Shown one piece after another: positions 42,007-54,762 of a stretch of 64,000 nt of DNA. How positions within the stretch are numbered: position 1 is the stretch's first letter; every line of letters starts with the position of its first letter. Source of the stretch: an uncultured Porphyrobacter sp. (GTDB lineage: Bacteria; Pseudomonadota; Alphaproteobacteria; Sphingomonadales; Sphingomonadaceae); contig CAZDHB010000002.1 in NCBI GenBank assembly GCA_964505255.1, positions 5,092 through 69,091 on the forward strand, in the 5' to 3' direction. Under the pieces are notes generated by a model. That model had not been told where the DNA came from. It made no database searches and saw only the letters and a list, made by a program, of their open reading frames with translations. A program made the position numbers and the translations under genes.

Positions 42007-43534
42007 AATGCGCCTTTGCATCATAAAGCGTTTCAAGCTCGATCGTGTCGACACCCCTTTCGGCCGCGTACGTCTCCGTATTCTTCCGCGCTTTGCCTCG
42101 AACAAAGAACGGGATTTTTTTCAATTCGCGCTGGGCCTCATCGCTCCACACCGCTTCTGTGTCATTGGCAGGCAGGGCCACCTCCTCACGCTTGGGAGCC
42201 GCGTGGCCAGGCCCAAGGTGTGAAGGCTGTGCATCATCATGGAATTCAAAATCCTCGCGGAACATGGTCAAGAGGTGCTCTTCAAGGCCCATGACCAGCG
42301 GGTGAACCCACTCATCGAAAATCACATTCGCGCCTTCAAATCCCATATGCGGCGAGTAGCGGGCGGGGAAATCCTGAACGTGGACAGGAGAGGAAATGAC
42401 TGCACAGCCGATGCCGAACCGTTTGGCAATGTGGCGCTCCATTTGCGTGCCAAGCACCAGTTCGGGCTGTGCATCCTCAATCGCTTCTTCAACGACGAGA
42501 TGGTCGTCAGTGATTAGCGGCTCAACACCGTAGATTTTCGCCGCCTTGCGCACCTCACGGGCGTATTCGCGGTTGTAACACCCCAGCCCGACGACTTTGA
42601 AGCCCATCTCCTCATGCGCAATCCGCGCGGCTGCAACAGCATGAGTACCATCGCCAAAGATGAAGACGCGCTTTCCGGTCAGGTAATTGGAATCAACGGA
42701 ACGGCTCCACCAGGCAAGGTTGGATTTGGCTTGGCTTAGGATCGGCTCAGCATCGACCCCGATCATTTCCGCAACCTCACGGATAAAATCCTGCGTCGCG
42801 CCAACCCCTATGGGAACCGTTCGAACCACGGACTGGCCGAATTCCCGTTTCAAATAGTCAGCAGCAAGATCACCTGTTTCGGGATACATGACGATGTTAA
42901 AATCCGCCTCGCCCAGCCTTGCAATATCAGCCGCGTTTGCCCCCAATGGCGCGACCACATTCACATCAACACCCATTTGATCGAGCAATCGGGTGATCTC
43001 GATAATGTCGTCGCGGTGGCGGAAGCCCAGTGCTGTAGGACCAAGCAAATTGGCACGAGGACGGCCATTTTCTGTCTTGGCTGGCTTACGCTCTTTATCC
43101 GCCAGCGACCGTACAATTTGATAAAAAGTCTCCGCCGCACCCCAATGCTCTTTGCGCTGATAGCTGGGCAATTCGAGCGGGATGACCGGCAATGGCAATC
43201 CCATTCGCTCGACCAATCCGGCGGGATCGTCCTGAATAAGTTCTGCCGTGCAGGAAGACCCCACCAGCATGGCGTCAGGCGCAAAGCGCTTGATCGCATC
43301 ACGCGCGGCATCCTGAAACAAATGTGATGTATCCTTGCCCAAATCACGCGCTTGAAATGTCGTGTAAGTGACAGGCGGACGATGATCGCGCCGCTCAATC
43401 ATGGTGAACAGCAAATCTGCATAGGTATCGCCTTGGGGCGAATGCAACAGGTAGTGAATGCCCTTCATTGCGGTTGCAACGCGCATGGCACCTACATGCG
43501 GCGGGCCTTCATATGTCCAAACCGAAAGCTGCAT
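41996..43534 (-). CDS. bchB: DPOR subunit B
   Basis: [33 protein letters not shown] and C-terminal PCP_red domain (IPFFVRGKA). Confidence 0.97.
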
Positions 43535-43536
43535 TG

Positions 43537-45380
<1,844 letters not shown>

Positions 45381-45411
45381 TCGGGCGAAACTACCCCCGC
45401 ACAGATAAAAG

Positions 45412-45429
45412 TGTCAAGTTTTTTGGACA
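45412..45429. promoter_or_regulatory. PpsR box in the divergent bchF/ppaA promoter region
   Basis: TGT-caagttttttgg-ACA (TGT-N12-ACA). Imperfect partner boxes 8 nt (45386-45403) and 7 nt (45437-45454) away. TTGACA -35 hexamers on both strands. Confidence 0.85.
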
Positions 45430-45565
45430 TCCAGAATGTTTGACAGTTTTCAATTGCAAATTTCGAGCTTTTCCCGTAGCCTGCGACTCGCGGGGGAGCT
45501 GGCGAAAGCCAGTAGGGCCGACGTTATGCTACGCCGACCAGACTTCGCGGGGAGAGTCTGAAACA

Positions 45566-46495
45566 ATGGCCACAGGATTCCGAATTTCTGGCTTACGCTC
45601 GAAGTTTGAAGACTGGCGCTTTGGCCGCAAGCAAGCGCACGCTGAGACAAAAGGGGATGAGATGGCGTTGCCCTCACCTCCTTCTAGCGATAGCCAACTC
45701 TCTGTGCTCATTGAAAACTTGGTCATTCCCAAGCTGATCGCTGATGCCGGAAACCCTGCGCACAGGATCAGTGAACAAGGTTTGGCCGAAACGATCGGCA
45801 CTGAACGAAGGCGGCCCATTTCGGAAGAGGATGTCGCAACCTTCACCGCATTGACCACGCAGGCAGAAGCGAGCGTGTTGCTTGATTTTGTCGACAATTG
45901 CCTTGCTACTGGTAGCTCTGTTGAAGCGCTTTACATCAATCTCCTTGCTCCGGCTGCGCGGCGGCTTGGCGAGATGTGGGAGGATGATACGGAGGACTTT
46001 GTCGATGTAACCATGGGCCTGTGGCGCATTCAGGAAATATTGCGAGAGCTCTCTCTTCGCGTTCCTCCCCCAAGCCAAAGCGACCATGGTCGGCGGTCTG
46101 CGCTCTTCTCGACGATGCCGGGTGAGCAGCACAGCCTTGGCACTTTAATGATTTCGGAATGCTTCCAACGCGCGGGATGGGATACTGATGTTCTAATTGA
46201 ACCCAGCATTTCTGAGGTGACAGCCAAGGCGGCAAACCGCAGTTATGGCCTAATCGGATTGACGCTCAGCAATGACTGTCCTACTGGCGCGCTCTCTGAT
46301 TTGATCCAGTCGCTGCGATCAGTTTCCAACAACCCGGATGTCCGTATTATGATTGGTGGCAGATTTGTGATTGCCAACCCGGAAATCGTCGAAACATGCG
46401 GTGCAGACGGCACTGCTGCTAATGCGACCGCGGCGATTGAATTGGCAGACAAGATTGTTCCCGCGCGCCCTGACATGCGCCAACCCTCAGCATAG
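45566..46495 (+). CDS. ppaA: Cobalamin-binding antirepressor PpaA/AerR
   Basis: LLAPAARRLGEMWEDD cap helix, B12 motif GEQHSLG...GLTLS...MIGG. Directly upstream of ppsR. ATG 45566 after GGAGAG. Confidence 0.9.
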   Translation: MATGFRISGLRSKFEDWRFGRKQAHAETKGDEMALPSPPSSDSQLSVLIENLVIPKLIADAGNPAHRISEQGLAETIGTERRRPISEEDVATFTALTTQAEASVLLDFVDNCLATGSSVEALYINLLAPAARRLGEMWEDDTEDFVDVTMGLWRIQEILRELSLRVPPPSQSDHGRRSALFSTMPGEQHSLGTLMISECFQRAGWDTDVLIEPSISEVTAKAANRSYGLIGLTLSNDCPTGALSDLIQSLRSVSNNPDVRIMIGGRFVIANPEIVETCGADGTAANATAAIELADKIVPARPDMRQPSA

Positions 46496-46511
46496 AGAGA
46501 GTCGGGAAACC

Positions 46512-47924
46512 ATGCGATCAGACAGTCCAGCAGATGTGCGGGTCCCGTTTGCAGATCCTGATGCAATGTTTGCAGGGTTTGACCGGAACGAGCTGGTTGA
46601 TCTTGGCTATGAGGCTGGGGATTTTTTGCTCGCAATCGATCACGACAATTGCGTGCGCGATGCTGCACAAAATGATACCGATTGCCAGTTTGTGCGCCAA
46701 TGGATTGGGGCAAAGTGGATTGATACAGTCACTGTCGAGAGCAAGCCCAAGATTGAACAGATGCTTGATCCCCAGCACGACAAGGACAAGCTTTGGCGAC
46801 AGGTCAATCATCCGGTTGATGATGAGACGATTCCTGTAAAATACCGTTTGTTTCGCCCCGCCGAGGGCAATTGGGCTATCGCCATTGGGCGCGATTTGCG
46901 GCCAATATCCGCGCTGCAGCAGCGGTTGCTCAAGACTCAGCAGTCAATGGAACGCGACTATCTCACTTTGCGGCAAACAGAGACCCGTTATCGTTTGTTG
47001 TTCGACAATATTGCTTATCCGGTAATGATTGTAGATGCTGAAAAACTGACTGTACAGCAGGCCAATCTATCCCTGCATCTGTTAGCCAGCTCGGCGCCCG
47101 GCAGCCTTGATGGCAAAAGCTTGCTTGACCTCTTTCAGACAAGCTCTCGTGACCCCTTAGTCGCACATATTGGCGCTGCCGCCGTGAGCGAGGCTGCAGG
47201 AAATGTTGAAGTTCAACTTGCCGGACAAGAGCAAACTCACCGTTTATCGCTGTCGTCATTTCGTCAATCCGGCAAACGCTATTGGCTCATCAATATTGAT
47301 GAAGGGGAACGAGAACATCCCACACATCCCTCTGACCGCTACATTCTTGATGCGGTTGAGAAGATGCCCGATGCCTTCGTTTTGGCCAACAACAAGCAGG
47401 AAATTATCGCAGCCAATCGTGCTTTTGCTGATCTCGTGCAAGCGGGATCGGTTGAGCAATTGGCTGGGATTTTCCTAAACCGATTTATTGGCCGCCCGGA
47501 TATTGATCTCAATCTGCTTCGCAAGCAGCTTAAAGATCACCAGGAAGTGCGCAATTTCAGCTCGATCGTTAATGATCTCAATGGGGGTGAGGAACCGGTC
47601 GAAATTTCGGCCATCATGATCGAACGCGAGCAGCCTGTGTTCGGCTATTCACTCAGGACAATCGGCAGGCGCGAACGCGATTTACCAAAGTCTGATCAAG
47701 AGCTGCGTTCTGTTGACCAACTTACTGAGCTTGTTGGGCGCAAGCCTTTGAAGGAAATCGTGCGCGAAAGCACTGACTTGATCGAGCGTATGTGCATCGA
47801 AGCCGCTTTGGTCCACACTTCGGATAACCGCGCGTCAGCTGCTGAAATTTTGGGGCTGAGCCGCCAGAGCCTGTATTCCAAGCTGCACCGTCACGGCTTG
47901 GGTAATCTTTCCGACAAAGATTAA
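46512..47924 (+). CDS. ppsR: Photosynthesis gene repressor PpsR
   Basis: PAS domains, Q-linker LQQRLLKTQQSMERDY and Fis-type HTH IERMCIEAAL...NRASAAEILGLSRQSLYSKL. Confidence 0.95.
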   Translation: MRSDSPADVRVPFADPDAMFAGFDRNELVDLGYEAGDFLLAIDHDNCVRDAAQNDTDCQFVRQWIGAKWIDTVTVESKPKIEQMLDPQHDKDKLWRQVNHPVDDETIPVKYRLFRPAEGNWAIAIGRDLRPISALQQRLLKTQQSMERDYLTLRQTETRYRLLFDNIAYPVMIVDAEKLTVQQANLSLHLLASSAPGSLDGKSLLDLFQTSSRDPLVAHIGAAAVSEAAGNVEVQLAGQEQTHRLSLSSFRQSGKRYWLINIDEGEREHPTHPSDRYILDAVEKMPDAFVLANNKQEIIAANRAFADLVQAGSVEQLAGIFLNRFIGRPDIDLNLLRKQLKDHQEVRNFSSIVNDLNGGEEPVEISAIMIEREQPVFGYSLRTIGRRERDLPKSDQELRSVDQLTELVGRKPLKEIVRESTDLIERMCIEAALVHTSDNRASAAEILGLSRQSLYSKLHRHGLGNLSDKD

Positions 47925-47998
47925 ACACGCCTGGCTAAGTCCAGTCTTTTAATGGCCACCCAAACCTCTGCCAATCAAGGCAAAGCACCACCTCATAC

Positions 47999-48016
47999 TG
48001 TCCATTTATATTGACA
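47999..48016. promoter_or_regulatory. PpsR box overlapping a TTGACA -35 upstream of bchG
   Basis: TGT-ccatttatattg-ACA. TTGACA at 48011-48016. Confidence 0.85.
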
Positions 48017-48045
48017 CTATGGTGCGTGAGGCATAGCCTCCAATT

Positions 48046-48948
48046 ATGGCAGAAACGGTCATACCCAAATCCCATTCGCGCCAGCCAGCATTGCGCGATG
48101 TTGTCGAGCTGACAAAACCCGTCACTTGGTTCCCGCCTATGTGGGCGTTTATGTGCGGGGTGATTTCTTCTGGCGCCTTGCTGGCAGACAATTGGATTTT
48201 CCTTGTCGCTGGCATTGCGCTTACTGGGCCAATTGTTTGCGGAACCAGCCAAGTCATTAACGATTGGTGCGACAGGCATGTGGATGCAATAAATGAACCC
48301 GATCGCCCCATCCCATCAGGCCGTATCCCGGGTCGTTGGGGCATATGGATTGCGCTCATTGGCTGCGTTTTGTCTTTGATTGTCGGGGCATTGCTTGGGC
48401 CATGGGTCTTGCTTGCGACATGCGTTGCCCTGTTCTTTGGGTGGGCATACAGCGCGCCGCCCTTTCGCTTAAAACGCAGTGGCTGGCTCGGTCCCTTAGC
48501 CTGCGCGCTCAGCTACGAAGGGCTCTCGTGGTTCACAGGAACAGCGGTTATGCTTGGCGCCCTGCCCAATCCTTATGTCATCGCGGCTTTGCTGTTCTAC
48601 AGCTTTGGCGCGTTTGGCATCATGACATTGAATGACTTCAAAGCGGTAGAAGGAGACCGCGAAACTGGCTTGCGCTCGCTGCCTGTCACGCTGGGCATTC
48701 ACAATGCAGCGCTGCTCGCGTCAACGGTTATGACCATCGCCCAGCTGGCAGTGATGGCCATGCTTTTGAGCTTGCAGCTATGGGCGTCTCTCGCCTGCGT
48801 CGGCCTCCTCTTGGCGGGCCAAATTCTGTGCATGGTTCGGCTTTTGAAGAACCCCCGCAAATATGCCCCCTGGTACAATGCGACGGGCGTTTTGTCTTAC
48901 GTGCTTGGCATGCTCGCTACCGCCTTGGGATTGGGAGGATATCTGTGA
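48046..48948 (+). CDS. bchG: Bacteriochlorophyll synthase
   Basis: KPVTWFPPMWAF, NDWCDRHVDAINEPDRPIPSGR and NDFKAVEGD. Confidence 0.97.
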   Translation: MAETVIPKSHSRQPALRDVVELTKPVTWFPPMWAFMCGVISSGALLADNWIFLVAGIALTGPIVCGTSQVINDWCDRHVDAINEPDRPIPSGRIPGRWGIWIALIGCVLSLIVGALLGPWVLLATCVALFFGWAYSAPPFRLKRSGWLGPLACALSYEGLSWFTGTAVMLGALPNPYVIAALLFYSFGAFGIMTLNDFKAVEGDRETGLRSLPVTLGIHNAALLASTVMTIAQLAVMAMLLSLQLWASLACVGLLLAGQILCMVRLLKNPRKYAPWYNATGVLSYVLGMLATALGLGGYL

Positions 48949-50270
48949 CGCAGCGCACCGCCACTGAGGGAATAGGCTGGCTCGCAATCGTCCGGCTGGG
49001 CGCGGTTCAAGCCGCAATTGGCGCGATGGTGATGCTCTCAACATCTCTGCTGAACCGGGTCATGGTGGTAGAGTATTCTGTGGCCGCAGCGGTGCCAGCG
49101 GGGCTTGTTGCGTGGCACTATGCGGTCCAGCTTAGCCGCCCATTGTGGGGACACAAATCCGACCGAGCGCGGAGCCGAACGCCTTGGATCATCGGCGGAA
49201 TGTGTGTCCTTGCGCTTGGCTCAATCCTCGCGGTGGACGCGACCATTTTGATGTCCCAGCCAGGCTTTGGGTCGGTCGTTCTGGCAATCATAAGCTTCAC
49301 CATGATCGGTTTCGGCGTTGGGATTGCAGGCACGTCCTTATTGGCATTGCTTGCCTCGCGGGTCGCCCCTCAACGCAAGCCAGCCGCAGCAGCCATCAGC
49401 TGGACGATGATGATTGCAGGGATCGTGCTCGCCGCTGGCATATCGGGTGCTTATCTCGATCCGTTTAGCGAACCGCGCCTAGCAATCGTTTCCAGCATTG
49501 TCGTTCTAAGCGCATTTTGCCTGGCTATCCTTGCTCTTCACAATCTCGAAGCGAAAAACCCAGCAGTGAAGCAGCGCACCCCCGCTGAGCACAATCAAAG
49601 CTTTCCTGAGGCCTTGAGGGAGATTTGGCATGAAAAGGAGGCTCGCCACTTCACCTTCTTTGTTTTCATCTCAATGCTCGCCTATTCGATGCAGGATCTA
49701 ATCATGGAACCTTTCGCGGGCTTTGTCTTTGACATGACGCCCGGCCAATCAACTCAGCTTTCGAGCATCCAGCACAGCGGCATATTGCTCGGAATGCTTG
49801 TCTCAGGCGTGGGTGGCAGTCTTTACGCCAAACGCTTTGGTCACAATCTGAAACTCTGGATCACTGCGGGCTGTGTTGGTTCTGCCATTATGTTGGCGGG
49901 CTTGTCTGTCGCTGCGACGCGAGGCTCAGAATGGCCGCTGATCGCCAATGTCTTCGGGCTTGGTTTGGCCAATGGCATTTTTGCAGTTTCCGCAGTTGGC
50001 GCGATGCTGGGCCTGGCCAGCAAGGGCGAGAATGCTGGGGAAGGCGCGCGCATGGGTGTTTGGGGCGCATCACAAGCCATCGCCTTCGGGCTAGGCGGTT
50101 TAAGCGGGGCAGTGCTGGTTGATGTGCTGCGGGCCATAACCGGTCAGGATGCGACGGCCTTCCAAGCTGTATTTGTTCTGGAGGCCTTGCTGTTCCTTGC
50201 CGCTGCGTGGGTGGCTTCGGGCACCGCCATGGCCCGTCCGACAAATCAAGAAGAAGGATTGACTGCATGA
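48945..50270 (+). CDS. pucC: PucC-family (BCD) MFS transporter
   Basis: IVRLGAVQAAIG..LNRVMVVEY, RTPWIIGG and QDLIMEPFAG. Located between bchG and bchP. GTGA overlap. Confidence 0.85.
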   Translation: MTQRTATEGIGWLAIVRLGAVQAAIGAMVMLSTSLLNRVMVVEYSVAAAVPAGLVAWHYAVQLSRPLWGHKSDRARSRTPWIIGGMCVLALGSILAVDATILMSQPGFGSVVLAIISFTMIGFGVGIAGTSLLALLASRVAPQRKPAAAAISWTMMIAGIVLAAGISGAYLDPFSEPRLAIVSSIVVLSAFCLAILALHNLEAKNPAVKQRTPAEHNQSFPEALREIWHEKEARHFTFFVFISMLAYSMQDLIMEPFAGFVFDMTPGQSTQLSSIQHSGILLGMLVSGVGGSLYAKRFGHNLKLWITAGCVGSAIMLAGLSVAATRGSEWPLIANVFGLGLANGIFAVSAVGAMLGLASKGENAGEGARMGVWGASQAIAFGLGGLSGAVLVDVLRAITGQDATAFQAVFVLEALLFLAAAWVASGTAMARPTNQEEGLTA

Positions 50271-51463
50271 CAACGCAACCGGATTTCGATGTGATTGTCG
50301 TTGGAGGCGGTCCCTCAGGAGCAACCGCTGCCAATGATCTGGCGTTAGACGGACACAAGGTCATGCTGCTCGATAAGGCTGGGCGGATTAAACCATGCGG
50401 CGGTGCCGTTCCTCCACGCCTTCTCAGTGATTTTGAAATACCCGATGCGCTTTTGGTCGCTCAGGCCAATTCAGCCCGCATTATTGCGCCATCACGCAAG
50501 ACGGTCTCAATGCCGTGCGGCGAGGGATATGTTGGCATGGTGGACCGCGATCAATTCGATGAATGGCTGCGCGAGCGCGCCAAAGCAAATGGCGCAGTGC
50601 GGATGACAGGAATGTGTGAAGATGTCGTTCAGCATCCTGATGGCTTTGCAGCAGTATCCTATCGCGCTGATCGCAAGAGCCCTATCAAAACCGTAACCGC
50701 GAGGTGCGTTATCGGCGCAGACGGTGCGCGCTCGCGTGTGGCGAAAAAGTGCATTCCCAACGGCAGCAATGTGAAATGCGTTTTTGCCTATCATGAGATT
50801 GTAAAAGTGCCTCAGCAGACCAATGCTGATTACAAAGCTGATCGCTGCGATGTGTACTATCAAGGCCACCTTTCACCTGATTTCTACGCCTGGGTCTTTC
50901 CGCATGGCAAAACCGCCAGCATTGGATTGGGCAGCGCGGACAAGGGGTTTCCCTTGCGCGAAACCACCCGCCGTCTGCGCGAAGACGCTGGCTTTTCGAA
51001 ATGGGAAACTGTCCGCAAGGAAGGCGCGCCAATCCCGCTGAAGCCGTTAAAGCGATGGGACAATGGAAAGAATGTTCTGGTTTCAGGGGACGCCGCCGGG
51101 GTTGTAGCTCCATCATCAGGCGAAGGGATCTATTACGCCATGACAGCCGGTCGATTGAGCGCCGCAGCGGCCAGCGAATTCCTCGCCACCGGTGATGCAC
51201 GGGCACTCAAAGGCGCGCGCAAAGCCTTTATGAAAGCGCATGGGCGTGTTTTCTGGATTTTGGGTGTGATGCAATATTTCTGGTATAGCAGCGACAAACG
51301 CCGAGAACGGTTTGTCAAAATGTGCGATGATCCTGATGTGCAGCGGCTAACCTGGGAAGCCTATATGAACAAACAACTGGTGCGCCGCGACCCGATGGCT
51401 CACATCAAAATCTTCTTCAAAGATTTGGGCCACTTGATCGGTCTGAGGTCAGTTGAAGCATGA
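50267..51463 (+). CDS. bchP: Geranylgeranyl reductase
   Basis: VVGGGPSGA, KPCGGAVP, YAWVFPHG and GDAAG.V...SGEGIYYAM. Confidence 0.96.
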   Translation: MTTQPDFDVIVVGGGPSGATAANDLALDGHKVMLLDKAGRIKPCGGAVPPRLLSDFEIPDALLVAQANSARIIAPSRKTVSMPCGEGYVGMVDRDQFDEWLRERAKANGAVRMTGMCEDVVQHPDGFAAVSYRADRKSPIKTVTARCVIGADGARSRVAKKCIPNGSNVKCVFAYHEIVKVPQQTNADYKADRCDVYYQGHLSPDFYAWVFPHGKTASIGLGSADKGFPLRETTRRLREDAGFSKWETVRKEGAPIPLKPLKRWDNGKNVLVSGDAAGVVAPSSGEGIYYAMTAGRLSAAAASEFLATGDARALKGARKAFMKAHGRVFWILGVMQYFWYSSDKRRERFVKMCDDPDVQRLTWEAYMNKQLVRRDPMAHIKIFFKDLGHLIGLRSVEA

Positions 51464-51942
51464 CCAGGGCTTCTCTTCTACCCATCCTGATCGCCGGCAG
51501 CTTAGCGCTTATCACGGCGCTGGTAGGCGGCACGATTACAGTGCTTGACGATTGGTATTACAGCCTCGCTCAACCCGATTGGGCGCCGCCCGCTTATATG
51601 TTTGGCATGATCTGGACCGTTGTTTTCGCGCTCATCGCGATGGCCGGTGTTGCCGCATGGGGCAAAGCGCCAACCCGGCGCGATGCCGAGGTGATGCTAG
51701 GCATGTTTGCAATCAACGGCTTTCTCAATTTGCTTTGGAGCTTCCTGTTTTTCCGCTTTCAGCGGCCTGATTGGGCGTTTTTCGAACTTACCGTTCTGTG
51801 GCTTTCGATCGCAATCCTTATCGTATTTTGCGGCCGGTTCTCAAAGCTCGCATCGCTCCTTTTGCTGCCTTATCTTACTTGGGTGAGCATTGCAGGCGCG
51901 CTCAATTATCAGGTCGTGCAACTCAACAGTCCATTTGGCTAG
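51460..51942 (+). CDS. tspO: Tryptophan-rich sensory protein TspO
   Basis: WYYSLAQPDWAPP, LNLLWS.LFF and LLLPYL.W. Confidence 0.93.
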   Translation: MTRASLLPILIAGSLALITALVGGTITVLDDWYYSLAQPDWAPPAYMFGMIWTVVFALIAMAGVAAWGKAPTRRDAEVMLGMFAINGFLNLLWSFLFFRFQRPDWAFFELTVLWLSIAILIVFCGRFSKLASLLLLPYLTWVSIAGALNYQVVQLNSPFG

Positions 51943-51949
51943 CTGACCT

Positions 51950-52198
51950 GTGGAGCAGTTCTTCGCCAGCGGCCGCGCGGTTGACGTTGTTATCCTTGTG
52001 CTTGCAGTGGAGGCGATTTGGCTGAAATGGCGTGGAAACGCTTGGGGAGATGTGGTGCCGGCCCTCCTGCCTGCAGTTTTGATGATGGCGGCTTTGCGTG
52101 CAGCGCTGATGGGAATGGCTTGGCCTTACATCAGCGTGCCGCTGCTGATGGCTTTCCCAGTGCATCTCTACGACTTAAAGCGCCGAGCCATGCGCTAA
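51950..52198 (+). CDS. Small hydrophobic membrane protein of unknown function
   Basis: 82 aa with 2-3 hydrophobic segments, C-terminal H..DL.RR. GTG 7 nt after the tspO stop. Confidence 0.65.
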   Translation: MEQFFASGRAVDVVILVLAVEAIWLKWRGNAWGDVVPALLPAVLMMAALRAALMGMAWPYISVPLLMAFPVHLYDLKRRAMR

Positions 52199-52230
52199 GG
52201 CGACATTCGCTCGGGTAACGACCCGGCAAA

Positions 52231-52268
52231 GGAAAAGGGCCCGACCATTCCTGGTCTAAGCCCTTAAA
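52231..52268 (-). terminator. Probable intrinsic terminator of the puf operon
   Basis: On the minus strand AAGGGC..GACCA-ggaa-TGGTC..GCCCTT followed by TTCC, about 25 nt after the pufM stop. Confidence 0.65.
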
Positions 52269-52292
52269 TCCCTCTTCTCTTTGATGGCCCAA

Positions 52293-53222
52293 TCAGTAAT
52301 CGGGTGCGTAATGGTGCTCAATCGCCCACAGATACCAATTGTCGACCACAGTTCCGGTTAACAGGATGCCAATACCGCCTGTGAATGTGCACAAGACAGC
52401 GAACCACCATGCCCAGCGGTGAATGGACTCCATTGTGGCATTAAAACCCATGGTCCAACGCCAGAATAGCGCAGCGCGTTCAGAGGCAGTCCCGCGGTCT
52501 GTGATCTGCTCAAGCTCGCGCTCACCGCCATAACGTCCCACCGCAAGTATGGTTGCACCATGCATGGCAAACAGCAGGGCAGAGCCATAAAGGAACACAA
52601 TCGAAAGTGCGTGGAATGGATTGTAGAACAGGTTTCCGTAAAGCAGTGAGAAGTTGTTCGTCCACTCAAGGTGTGAGAAAATACCAAAGGGCACGGCTTC
52701 TGACCATTGGCCCATAAAAAATGGGCGAATGAAACCGAGCACAAGATAAAGCCAAATCGCGCTCAAAAATGCCCACGCTACATGCGTTCCCATCCCTAGC
52801 GCCCGGGCACGGCGATATGTCCGTACCCACCACAACAAGATCGAGATTGTCAGGAAAAAGCCAGCCAAAATCCACCAACCCCCTTCGTTTAAGGGGACAA
52901 AAGGTGAGAACCCATATTCGGCAGCAGGAGGATCAAGTGTCAGCCAAAAGAACTGGCGAACAAATTCAACCGGATCCCAATTGACAGAGGCCAGCATATT
53001 GAGACCAATGATCTCAATCGCAAGGAAGCCGAAGAATATCGAGGCGAGCCCTAACCATCCGAGATAAATCGGACCGATCTGAGCTTGGCCAAATTTGCCC
53101 ATCCAATAGCTGAATGTGGTTTCTTTGGTCCGTTCGCTTTGTTCTTGCGGCGAAAGCGGAACACCCATTTCGGGATGATGCGCCAGTTGAACCTGGGTGA
53201 AGATGTTTTGATAGCGTGCCAT
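52293..53222 (-). CDS. pufM: Reaction centre M subunit
   Basis: [44 protein letters not shown] and [10 protein letters not shown]. Confidence 0.98.
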   Translation of the reverse strand: MARYQNIFTQVQLAHHPEMGVPLSPQEQSERTKETTFSYWMGKFGQAQIGPIYLGWLGLASIFFGFLAIEIIGLNMLASVNWDPVEFVRQFFWLTLDPPAAEYGFSPFVPLNEGGWWILAGFFLTISILLWWVRTYRRARALGMGTHVAWAFLSAIWLYLVLGFIRPFFMGQWSEAVPFGIFSHLEWTNNFSLLYGNLFYNPFHALSIVFLYGSALLFAMHGATILAVGRYGGERELEQITDRGTASERAALFWRWTMGFNATMESIHRWAWWFAVLCTFTGGIGILLTGTVVDNWYLWAIEHHYAPDY

Positions 53223-53239
53223 GACCTATATTCCCTTCC

Positions 53240-54064
53240 TCACGACCAGATCGGCATGTTGCGCCACCAGTCCCACCATTCGGGAAAACTGCCGTCGTAT
53301 AATGGCCCAGCGATGATAATGCAGACTGCGCTCCAGAAACCCGCGCTCAGCGCCAGGAACAGTCCAAGCCTGTGAATGCCGATTGTGCCCACCGAATAGC
53401 CGATGAAGTCGCGGAAAAACGTGTCCTCATATTCAGGGGTTTTGACTTCCTCACCCTGCTTTGGATTGACCGCCGATAGGATCAACGCACCATGCAGCGC
53501 GAGCGCAAAGGTCGTCACAAAGAAGAACGACACCGCGATCATGTGCGCCGGGTTATAATGAAAGTTCACATACTGATAACCAGTGTTCGACACCCAATCG
53601 AGATGAGAGAAGATGCCATACGGAAAAGCATGCCCCCATGCCCCCATCAATACAGGCCGAAACACAACCAAAGTGACATAAGCCAAGATCGCAAAACTAA
53701 AGGCAACAGGGACATGGTAGCCCATGCCCAGCTTGCGGCATATTTCAACTTCACGCAGCGCCCATGAACTGAAAGCAACAATCGCACAAATGGTTATAAT
53801 CTGCCAAAATCCGCCTTCGGCTAAGGGCGCAAACCCCAAGCCGTAAGAGATATCTGGTGGATTGATGGATATCAGCCACGGGTTCCAGGTGGGCCCGATC
53901 GCCGCAGCATACAAAATCAACGCAGTGCCAAGAATTGCCGAAATCGCGGTGACCACACCGAAAAATCCGACATAGAACGGACCGATCCAGAAATCGAAGA
54001 GATCCCCGCCAATCAGCGTGCCTCCCCTGACCCGGTACTTTCGCTCAAAGCTTAACAGCGACAT
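53240..54064 (-). CDS. pufL: Reaction centre L subunit
   Basis: [37 protein letters not shown] and HYNPAHM. Confidence 0.98.
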   Translation of the reverse strand: MSLLSFERKYRVRGGTLIGGDLFDFWIGPFYVGFFGVVTAISAILGTALILYAAAIGPTWNPWLISINPPDISYGLGFAPLAEGGFWQIITICAIVAFSSWALREVEICRKLGMGYHVPVAFSFAILAYVTLVVFRPVLMGAWGHAFPYGIFSHLDWVSNTGYQYVNFHYNPAHMIAVSFFFVTTFALALHGALILSAVNPKQGEEVKTPEYEDTFFRDFIGYSVGTIGIHRLGLFLALSAGFWSAVCIIIAGPLYDGSFPEWWDWWRNMPIWS

Positions 54065-54147
54065 GGCATTTCCCCTGCGCGCTCACATACGCCCCCAACG
54101 CGTTGGAGGACGAAAATTGCAAATCTCTGCTCCGTAATAGCGGAGCA

Positions 54148-54195
54148 GGCCCATTGGGAGGCACAGCACATGCGTGCTGTGACCTCCATAGGGCC
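54148..54195 (-). other. pufA-pufL intercistronic stem-loop (mRNA decay barrier type)
   Basis: GGCCC..GGAGG-CACAGCAC-atgc-GTGCTGTG-a-CCTCC..GGGCC immediately after the pufA stop. Confidence 0.75.
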
Positions 54196-54199
54196 ATGG

Positions 54200-54385
54200 T
54201 CAGGTTAGTCGTTCAGACTGTTCGATCATGGCCGTTTCCGCTGATCCAGCACCAGGACCCTCAATCCAGTTGAAGCGATCAGTGCTCAACAAGATGAAGT
54301 GAATCAGCAGTGCCAGGACGAACAGGAAAATCGCCAAAGCGACCAATGTCCGACGCGGGTCGAATATTAACCAAAGTCTCCACAT
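54200..54385 (-). CDS. pufA: LH1 alpha polypeptide
   Basis: [27 protein letters not shown] (BChl-ligating His). Confidence 0.96.
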   Translation of the reverse strand: MWRLWLIFDPRRTLVALAIFLFVLALLIHFILLSTDRFNWIEGPGAGSAETAMIEQSERLT

Positions 54386-54395
54386 AGTTCGTCTC

Positions 54396-54626
54396 CTATC
54401 CTAGCAACGGCGTTAGCGTGGCTTGGACCATGCGAATGCCGTCATCCAAGGCTGCATAGCCATTGACCCCTGGGAACCAGGGACGCCACATCCACACCAA
54501 CACATGCGCGATAATCGCAATGATGGTGAAACCGATGAAGCTGCTCACAAAAATTTTGTGAAATTCCTTGGCTTCTTCTGGGGTCAAATAAGCCCCCGGA
54601 CCGAAGCGGTCGTTATCTTCACTCAT
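54396..54626 (-). CDS. pufB: LH1 beta polypeptide with C-terminal extension
   Basis: LT.EEAKEFH, AIIAH.LVW.WRPW. Confidence 0.96.
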   Translation of the reverse strand: MSEDNDRFGPGAYLTPEEAKEFHKIFVSSFIGFTIIAIIAHVLVWMWRPWFPGVNGYAALDDGIRMVQATLTPLLG

Positions 54627-54762
54627 ACGTCCTTCTCCATTTTAGCCCTATGTAAGCCACCCAAGGTGCCCCCCACAGGATTTGCTCGAACGGCTGGCAA
54701 TTCAGCCGCAAGAGTTGCGAATGCCCCGGCCGATACCCGGTGCAAATTTTGAGAGCGGCATG

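Noticed and set aside
52199-52292. Possible pufC or pufX after pufM
   Set aside because: The gap is under 100 nt, contains a terminator-like hairpin and has no suitable ORF.
54627-54762. Possible pufQ or PpsR box between bchZ and pufB
   Set aside because: Only a roughly 20-codon minus-strand ORF without PufQ features, and the TGT...ACA spacing is 20 rather than 12.
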